A DNA stretch of 32,000 nt from Mycobacterium sp. E2479 (lineage in GTDB: Bacteria; Actinomycetota; Actinomycetes; Mycobacteriales; Mycobacteriaceae), in NCBI RefSeq assembly GCF_001667925.1, contig NZ_LZJR01000122.1, forward strand, positions 1 through 32,000. Reading direction: 5' to 3'. Made by a program: the position numbers and the translations under genes. The stretch's first letter is position 1; the number at the start of each line of letters is the position of its first letter. The notes under the pieces were generated by a model. It was not told the DNA's origin. It did not search any database and saw only the letters and a list, made by a program, of their open reading frames with translations. Shown piece by piece: positions 26,536-32,000 of this stretch.

Positions 26536-26648
26536 AGGCGCCGCTCCTCCTCATCGCTACGCTCTGCATCGTCGGCGACGCGCGTCATAGGCGCCGCTCC
26601 TCCTCATCGCTACGCTCTGCATCGTCGGCGACGCGCGTCATAGGCGCC
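26531..26648. repeat. MIRU-like 53-bp tandem repeat, two identical copies plus a 12-bp partial copy
   Basis: The unit is gtcataggcgccgctcctcctcatcgctacgctctgcatcgtcggcgacgcgc, at 26531-26583 and 26584-26636, and gtcataggcgcc recurs at 26637-26648. Each unit boundary carries ATGA on the minus strand. Confidence 0.85.
26532..26588 (-). CDS. 18-codon repeat-encoded mini-ORF (MTRVADDAERSDEEERRL) bridging the two flanking genes
   Basis: Its ATG overlaps the TGA of the reductase gene at 26585-26588. Its TGA overlaps the ATG of the methyltransferase gene at 26532-26535. Translation is not demonstrated. Confidence 0.3.
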   Translation of the reverse strand: MTRVADDAERSDEEERRL

Positions 26649-27622
26649 TCCGCCCGGATCCGACGACCGACCTCGGCCTTGATCTCCGCGCCAACGCGAG
26701 GGCCCGAAGCGGATGCCAGCCCCGAAACGTTGACACCCTCGACGCCCTCGATCGCCAACAACGCTCGAGCCTCGCTCACCGCCGCCGCGATACCGGCGGC
26801 CACCGGATCCGCTGCACTCAAAACCCGTTGTGTCACAACGGGGTCGATCTCAAGTCCGGGCAAGTTCTCCAGGACCGCCGCCGAGATGCTGTCGGTGAAC
26901 ACCGCCACCGAGGTGATCACCGGGATTGTCAAGCCGGCCGATCGCGCGGCCGTCATGAAACCGGCGACCATGTCGGGAAAAGGCACATGGTTCAGGATCG
27001 CCAGGCTCGCTCCGGCTCGCTGCTTCTCGACCAAGCGAGCCGGTCGGCGGTGCACAGGTGGGGCGGTGGGCGTCTCGGGTACCGCCGCGGCCATGCCGAC
27101 CGACGCGGCCAGCGACACCAGTCGGGGCCCGTCGAGGTCGAAGGTCTGCGTGACTTCTGGACGCACGTCGTAGCCGCGTCCGTCGCCCGTCACGCACAAC
27201 ACCGTGTCGACATTGATGCTGCGCAATCCCCTCAGTTCCTGCTCGAGGACCACCCGGTTGCGGTCCCGGCACGACAACGTGATCCACGGCGTCACGCCTG
27301 CATCGAGCAGCAGCGAGGCCATGAGCGTAGGCGGAAAGTCGGGCTTGTTCTGATGTTCGCCGACGAGGACGGCGTCGCACCCGGGCGCCAGGATGGCCGC
27401 GGTGGCCGCAATGTCGTCAGGATCGAACGGGGTGGCACTGAAGTCGGTGAGCACCCGCGGAGCACGCGCGGGACGGGGGGTGGGGCGATCGCCCGACCAC
27501 GGTACGACGTCGTCGAACACACAAGGACTCGGGCGCATCTCGCATTGTCCGTCCGGGCGCACACCGCCGCACGGTCCAAACTCCATCCGCTTGGGACAAC
27601 CCGAATCCGCCGGCATTTTCAC
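26585..27622 (-). CDS. Methylenetetrahydrofolate reductase-like protein with an N-terminal Cys-rich MetV-type (MTHFR_C) domain
   Basis: The N-terminus is CPKRMEFGPCGGVRPDGQCEMRPSPCVF. The MTHFR-like barrel blocks are ITLSCRDRNRVVLEQEL and VLCVTGDG. The last 18 residues are encoded by the MIRU-like repeat. Confidence 0.8.
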   Translation of the reverse strand: MKMPADSGCPKRMEFGPCGGVRPDGQCEMRPSPCVFDDVVPWSGDRPTPRPARAPRVLTDFSATPFDPDDIAATAAILAPGCDAVLVGEHQNKPDFPPTLMASLLLDAGVTPWITLSCRDRNRVVLEQELRGLRSINVDTVLCVTGDGRGYDVRPEVTQTFDLDGPRLVSLAASVGMAAAVPETPTAPPVHRRPARLVEKQRAGASLAILNHVPFPDMVAGFMTAARSAGLTIPVITSVAVFTDSISAAVLENLPGLEIDPVVTQRVLSAADPVAAGIAAAVSEARALLAIEGVEGVNVSGLASASGPRVGAEIKAEVGRRIRAEAPMTRVADDAERSDEEERRL

Positions 27623-27779
27623 CCCCTGGAGCGTCAGTACCCAAACGAATGCCCGTGCAAGCGCTCTGACGGCCGCGAGTGAACAGACCGGCTATTCGGG
27701 ATTAGCAATCGCCCCATGTGGCTAATACGAAGGGGGCATGCGCTGGACGAGCGGCACAGCGGAGGGAATGGGAACGACT

Positions 27780-29138
27780 ATGGAACCGATATCACCGACG
27801 GACGCGTTGTTCCTCCTCGGTGAGTCACGCGAGCATCCGATGCACGTGGGCTCGCTGCAGCTCTTCGAACCCCCGGAGGATGCCGGTCCCCATTTCGTGC
27901 GCGATGCGTATCAGGCGATGCTCGAGCGCACGGACCTACAGCCGACGTTCCGCAAGCACCCCGCCTTCTTCGGCGGCATCACGAATGTCGCGTGGTCCTT
28001 CGACAAGGACGTCGAACTCGATTACCACTTGCGCCGATCGGCTCTGCCCGAACCCGGACGGGTCCGAGACTTGCTCGAGTTGGCTTCCCGGCTGCACGGC
28101 GGGCTGCTCGACCGGCACCGTCCGATGTGGGAGGCGCACCTCGTCGAGGGATTGCAGGACGGGCGGTACGCGGTCTACACGAAGTATCACCACTCCCTGA
28201 TGGATGGCGTCTCGGCGTTACGCCTGATGCAGCGCGCGTTCACGTCCGACCCAAATGACGACGAGGTGCGCGTTCCGTGGAACCTCGGTCCGCGCAAGCG
28301 CAGCGGACGCCGGCACCAGCCATCCCTCTTTGACCGGTTCGGCCGCACCGCGGGGTCGGCGCTCGCCTTGGCGCCGTCCACGCTAAAGCTCGCACGTGCG
28401 GCGCTGCTCGAACAACAATTGACCCTGCCGTTTCGGGCGCCACGCTCCATGTTCAACGTGCGAATCGGCGGCGCCCGCCGGGTTGCGGCCCAGTCCTACT
28501 CGCTGGAGCGCATCAAGGCGATCAAGTCGGCAACCGGTGCGACCATCAACGACATCGTGCTCGCGATGTCCGCCGGAGCCCTGCGCGCCTATCTCATCGA
28601 CCAGAACGCCCTGCCGGACACACCCCTGACCGCCATGGTGCCCGTCAATCTGCGCAAGGACGACGACGACCGCGGCGGGAACAACGTCGGAACCTTCCTA
28701 TGCAATCTCGCGACCGACCTCGACGACCCGGCGAACCGGCTCGAGACGATCAGCGCATCCATCCGCCAAACCAAAGAGGTGTTCTGGGAGCTTCCACCGG
28801 TTCAGCAGTTGGCGCTGTCAGCGCTCAACATCGGGGGGCTGTTTTTCGGTCTGATCCCCGGCTACCTGTCCGCGGCCGCACCGCCGTTCAACATCGTCAT
28901 TTCGAACGTATCGACCGGTAACCGCGACCAATTATATTGGCGCGGAGCGCGATTGGACGGAAATTATCCGCTGTCGATCCCGCTCGACGGCCAGGCGGTC
29001 AACATCACCGTAACCAACAATGCAGACAACCTGGACTTCGGCCTCGTTGGTTGTCGCCGCAGCGTCCCGCACCTACAGCGGATGCTCGGTCACCTCGAGG
29101 CGGCTCTGAAGGACTTGGAACTCATCGCAGGCATCTGA
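27780..29138 (+). CDS. Wax ester synthase/diacylglycerol acyltransferase (WS/DGAT, Tgs family)
   Basis: The N-terminus is MEPISPTDALFLLGESREHPMHVGSLQLF and the active site is HHSLMDGVS. The conserved C-terminal block is NITVTNNADNLDFGLVGC. The ORF track starts 14 codons earlier. Confidence 0.95.
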   Translation: MEPISPTDALFLLGESREHPMHVGSLQLFEPPEDAGPHFVRDAYQAMLERTDLQPTFRKHPAFFGGITNVAWSFDKDVELDYHLRRSALPEPGRVRDLLELASRLHGGLLDRHRPMWEAHLVEGLQDGRYAVYTKYHHSLMDGVSALRLMQRAFTSDPNDDEVRVPWNLGPRKRSGRRHQPSLFDRFGRTAGSALALAPSTLKLARAALLEQQLTLPFRAPRSMFNVRIGGARRVAAQSYSLERIKAIKSATGATINDIVLAMSAGALRAYLIDQNALPDTPLTAMVPVNLRKDDDDRGGNNVGTFLCNLATDLDDPANRLETISASIRQTKEVFWELPPVQQLALSALNIGGLFFGLIPGYLSAAAPPFNIVISNVSTGNRDQLYWRGARLDGNYPLSIPLDGQAVNITVTNNADNLDFGLVGCRRSVPHLQRMLGHLEAALKDLELIAGI

Positions 29139-29191
29139 CGATCAGGCATCTGAGATGCGTTGCGTCGCTTGCCGTACCGCGTGCGCGTGTG

Positions 29192-29221
29192 AGGCCCGCC
29201 GACACGCCACCTCGCGGGCCT
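29192..29221 (+). terminator. Hairpin downstream of the WS/DGAT gene
   Basis: aggcccgc ... gcgggcct, an 8-bp GC-rich stem with a 14-nt loop, 54 nt after the stop. Confidence 0.3.
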
Positions 29222-29261
29222 GAGCGGCCATCGCTTACCCGGCCTCAACGCTGTCTGTCAC

Positions 29262-29271
29262 CAACCGGTTG
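29262..29271. promoter_or_regulatory. Palindrome CAACCGGTTG, a candidate TetR/KstR-type operator upstream of the P450 gene
   Basis: This is a perfect 10-bp palindrome containing AAC-NN-GTT, 72 nt upstream of the GTG at 29343. Confidence 0.3.
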
Positions 29272-29342
29272 AAGCTTGTGGGAAATACCACAGCTCCTAC
29301 TGTAAGGTTCACGGTAGTGAGCGCATGCTGGGAGGGTGAGCC

Positions 29343-30560
29343 GTGCCAAGCACTGTTGATACGCGCAGCCAGCTGCGGCCCGACATTGATCTGACGGACG
29401 GCGCCTTCTACGCGGGCGACTCGAGGCCGGTCTATCAGTGGATGCGCGAGAACGAACCGGTCTTTCGGGACCGCAACGGATTGGCGGCCGCGGCGACCTA
29501 TCAGGCGGTCATCGAAGCCGAACGTGCGCCCGAGCTGTTCTCCAACGCCGGCGGGATCCGGCCGGACCAGGACGCGCCGCCGATGATGATCGCGATGGAT
29601 GACCCCGCGCACCTGCTGCGGCGCAAGCTCGTCAACGCGGGCTTTACCCGCAAGCGCGTCAAGGACCGGGCGCACTCGATCGGCACGCTGTGCGATGCGC
29701 TGATCGACAACGTCTGCGAGCGAGGGGAGTGCGACTTCGTTTGGGACCTCGCCGCTCCGCTTCCCATGGCGGTGATCGGCGACATGCTCGGGGTGCTCCC
29801 GGAGGAACGTCAAATGTTCCTTCGCTGGTCTGACGACATGGTGACCCTGCTCAGCAGCACGACCGCGCAGGAGGACTTTCAGGTCTCGGTGGACGCCTTC
29901 GCCGCATACACCGAGTACATGACGGGCATGATCGCCGCGCGCAAGGCGGATCCGACCGATGACCTGGTCAGCGTGCTGGTGCACGCGGAGGTCGACGGCG
30001 AGAAGCTGGCCGAGCACGAGATCGTCACCGAAGTTTTGTTGCTCCTGATCGGCGGCGATGAGACCACCCGGCACACGCTGTCCGGCGGAACCGCGCAGCT
30101 TCTGCGGCACCCACAGCAGCACCGGCAGCTGGTTAACGACCTGACGCTGCTACCCAACGCAATCGAGGAAATGCTGCGATGGACCGCCCCGGTCAAGAAC
30201 ATGGCCCGCACCATGACCGCCGAACTGGACTTTCACGGTGCGCAGCTCAAGCGGGGCGAGAAGATAATCCTGCTGTTCGAATCGGCGAACTTCGACCAGG
30301 CGGTCTTCGGCGATCCGGACAGCTTCCGCATCGACCGCTACCCCAACAATCACCTGGCGTTCGGTTTCGGAACCCACTTCTGTCTGGGCAACCAGCTGGC
30401 GCGCTTGGAGTTGTCGACGATGCTGGAGCGGTTGCTGAGGCGCCTGCCCGATATGCAGCTGGCCTCCGAGGAATCGCTGCCGCTGCGTCCGGCCAACTTC
30501 GTCAGCGGTCTGGAAAGGATGCCGGTCAAGTTCACGCCATCGGCGCGGTCAGGCGTCTGA
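29343..30560 (+). CDS. cyp142: Cytochrome P450, CYP142-like (steroid C26-monooxygenase family)
   Basis: The heme loop is FGFGTHFCLGNQLA, the ExxR motif is EEMLRW and the I-helix is LLIGGDETTRH. From memory, long blocks match M. tuberculosis CYP142 (FRDRNGLAAA.TYQAVI.AER.PELFSNAGGIRPDQ, DDPAHLLRRKLVNAGFTRKRVKD). Confidence 0.9.
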   Translation: MPSTVDTRSQLRPDIDLTDGAFYAGDSRPVYQWMRENEPVFRDRNGLAAAATYQAVIEAERAPELFSNAGGIRPDQDAPPMMIAMDDPAHLLRRKLVNAGFTRKRVKDRAHSIGTLCDALIDNVCERGECDFVWDLAAPLPMAVIGDMLGVLPEERQMFLRWSDDMVTLLSSTTAQEDFQVSVDAFAAYTEYMTGMIAARKADPTDDLVSVLVHAEVDGEKLAEHEIVTEVLLLLIGGDETTRHTLSGGTAQLLRHPQQHRQLVNDLTLLPNAIEEMLRWTAPVKNMARTMTAELDFHGAQLKRGEKIILLFESANFDQAVFGDPDSFRIDRYPNNHLAFGFGTHFCLGNQLARLELSTMLERLLRRLPDMQLASEESLPLRPANFVSGLERMPVKFTPSARSGV

Positions 30561-31037
30561 TCCGGGCTGGGCCGGGCTCCAATCTTGTTGGCGAGCGCCA
30601 GCCTCCACGTCGGTCGCGTAATCCAGGTAGACGCTGGTGCCATTGGGACGGGCATGGATGGTGCAGTGATTGGCGACGCCGTGCATCAGCATGATGCCGC
30701 GCGACGCGTAAGGGTCGCTGGAGTGCCTGGATGACGGCTTCCGCCAGCTCCCGCGATCACTGACACAGACCCGAATCGACTCGGCTTCGGGATCGAAGCT
30801 GGCCTGAAGTCTCATGGCACCGACCTGGCTATGCGAGCGATAGGCGTGCTCAACACAGTTTGCCAGCGCCTCGTTGACGCCCAGAACCACGTCCTCACGG
30901 ATTTCGTCCGGTGCGCGCACCTCTTGCTGCAACCACCGTTGCAGCACACGACGCCACTCCGCTGCCGTATCGGGGCGAGCTGTGCCGGCAAGCGTCAGCC
31001 GCATTGGCATGGCAATCTCCGGCGGTAGTGGACTCAT
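30549..31037 (-). CDS. Anti-sigma regulatory factor-type Ser kinase (RsbW/HATPase_c_2-like)
   Basis: The N-box-like block is NEALANCVEHAY, the G1-like block is VSDRGSW and the length is about 160 aa. Its 3' end overlaps the P450 3' end by 12 nt in convergent orientation. Confidence 0.7.
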   Translation of the reverse strand: MSPLPPEIAMPMRLTLAGTARPDTAAEWRRVLQRWLQQEVRAPDEIREDVVLGVNEALANCVEHAYRSHSQVGAMRLQASFDPEAESIRVCVSDRGSWRKPSSRHSSDPYASRGIMLMHGVANHCTIHARPNGTSVYLDYATDVEAGARQQDWSPAQPGSDA

Positions 31038-31157
31038 GAAGGTCGCATACCCAGATGCGCTCGGAGCAATAACCTTCTGCCAGTATCGCTTCGGCCACAG
31101 ACCGATACCCGTACAGAATCACCAGGTCATGGCCGCGGACCGCGTCGTTAGCAAGTT

Positions 31158-32000
31158 CTAATGGCGCGGCGGTAAGACAGGTGTGACCAATTCGCCGCTG
31201 TCGAGGTAGCTGTCGAGGTTGCGGATGGCCAGCAGTGCCATGGCCCGCCGGGTCCGCGCGGTGGCGCTGCCGACATGCGGGAGAAGCACCACATTGTCCA
31301 ACTCGAGCAATTCCGCGGGCACCTGCGGCTCTTCGGCGAAGACGTCCAGCCCCGCACCGGCCAGTTGCCCGGCGACCAGCAACTCCACCAGCGCGTCCTC
31401 GTCGACGACGCTGCCCCGCGCGATGTTGATCAGGTAACCCTCGGGGCCCAAGGCTCGCAGCACAGCGCGGTCGACCAGCTTGCGGGTGTGGCGATCACCC
31501 GTCGTGGCGATGACCAGCACGTCTACCGATTCGGCGAGTTCCACGGGGGACTCGGCAAAGCGGAATGGCGATCCCTCGACGCGGCGGCGGTTGTGATAGG
31601 CGATGGCGCAGTCGAATCCGAGGAGCCTGGTCGCGATAGCCGAACCGATCCGGCCCATGCCCAGAATTCCGACCTGCAGCCCGCTGACATCTCTGGCATA
31701 GGGAAATGGGCCTTCACGGGCCCACCGGCCGGCGCGCACGTACCGATCGGCGGCACCGAAACGGCGCAGCGTCATCAAGATCAGACCCACTGCCGTGTCG
31801 GCGACTGTGTCCGACAACACATCGGGAGTGTTGCTCACGCCGATGCCGCGCCGCCTCGCCGCACCCAAATCGATCAGATCCACCCCGGCGCCGTTGTTGA
31901 CGATCACCTCCAGATTGGGCAGTGCCGCAATGGTGGCGGCATCGACACCGGGTGATCCCGACGTCACCAGCACCCGCACCTCGGCGCCATGCTCGGAAAG
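31158..32000 (-). CDS. D-isomer-specific 2-hydroxyacid dehydrogenase (glyoxylate/hydroxypyruvate reductase-like), N-terminus beyond the window edge
   Basis: The NAD motif is GILGMGRIGSAIA and the catalytic blocks are INIARGSVVDE and LLPHVGSAT. The reading frame stays open to position 32000. Confidence 0.9.
   Translation of the reverse strand, partial: LSEHGAEVRVLVTSGSPGVDAATIAALPNLEVIVNNGAGVDLIDLGAARRRGIGVSNTPDVLSDTVADTAVGLILMTLRRFGAADRYVRAGRWAREGPFPYARDVSGLQVGILGMGRIGSAIATRLLGFDCAIAYHNRRRVEGSPFRFAESPVELAESVDVLVIATTGDRHTRKLVDRAVLRALGPEGYLINIARGSVVDEDALVELLVAGQLAGAGLDVFAEEPQVPAELLELDNVVLLPHVGSATARTRRAMALLAIRNLDSYLDSGELVTPVLPPRH

Noticed and set aside
26531-26648. Direct repeats considered as a possible CRISPR array
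   Set aside because: The units are contiguous with no spacers, there are only two and a fraction copies, they lie inside and between coding frames, and no cas genes are present. They fit a MIRU/VNTR instead.
27623-27737. Possible riboswitch (SAM/SAH/THF type) in the leader of the reductase-methyltransferase operon
   Set aside because: I could not recognise any conserved riboswitch core or convincing nested helices by eye. A covariance-model scan (Rfam/Infernal) would be needed.
29120-29160. Direct repeat aggcatctga x2 and the small palindrome gcatctgagatgc at the end of the WS/DGAT gene
   Set aside because: The palindrome has only a 5-bp stem and the repeat is short. The 29192-29221 hairpin is a better terminator candidate, so there is too little signal to call a feature.

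Overview
High-GC actinobacterial DNA, almost certainly a Mycobacterium: it has PE/PPE genes, WXG100 pairs, ESX components, a mycolic-acid methyltransferase and a MIRU-type repeat. I saw no rRNA, tRNA, CRISPR array, transposase or phage genes. The left 7 kb (minus strand) is an ESX-2-type type VII secretion half-locus in the order PE, PPE, esxD-like, esxC-like, espG, ParA/MinD-like ATPase, eccD, mycP. No eccB, eccC, eccE or eccA is present in the window. Its mycosin gene is broken. The N-terminal third is on the minus strand and the central third lies inverted on the plus strand. The Ser-containing C-terminal third is absent, and the first ~64 nt of the window are a diverged eccD paralogue fragment. 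Upstream of the PE gene the locus abuts an orphan PrrB-like histidine kinase with no adjacent response regulator, though a weak decayed relic of one may remain. The rest is ordinary mycobacterial metabolic and regulatory content. It includes TetR plus acyl-CoA dehydrogenase, an Eis-family GNAT, a lipoprotein hydrolase, two MFS transporters and an F420/LLM oxidoreductase. It also includes PadR, HAD, NUDIX, VOC, a CmaA/MmaA-type methyltransferase, hemerythrin, WS/DGAT, a CYP142-like P450, an RsbW-like kinase and a 2-hydroxyacid dehydrogenase. Other notable points are a 53-bp MIRU-like tandem repeat that chains a MetV-MetF-type reductase gene to a SAM methyltransferase gene through ATGA overlaps, and a collapsed phoU/phoY-like pseudogene. 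Several genes have a -10 hexamer 6 nt upstream of the start codon, suggesting leaderless transcripts. The broken mycP, missing regulator, phoU relic and missing ESX core genes together suggest a region shaped by deletion and rearrangement. I found no convincing new multi-gene system. All homology calls come from reading motifs and from memory, not from database searches.
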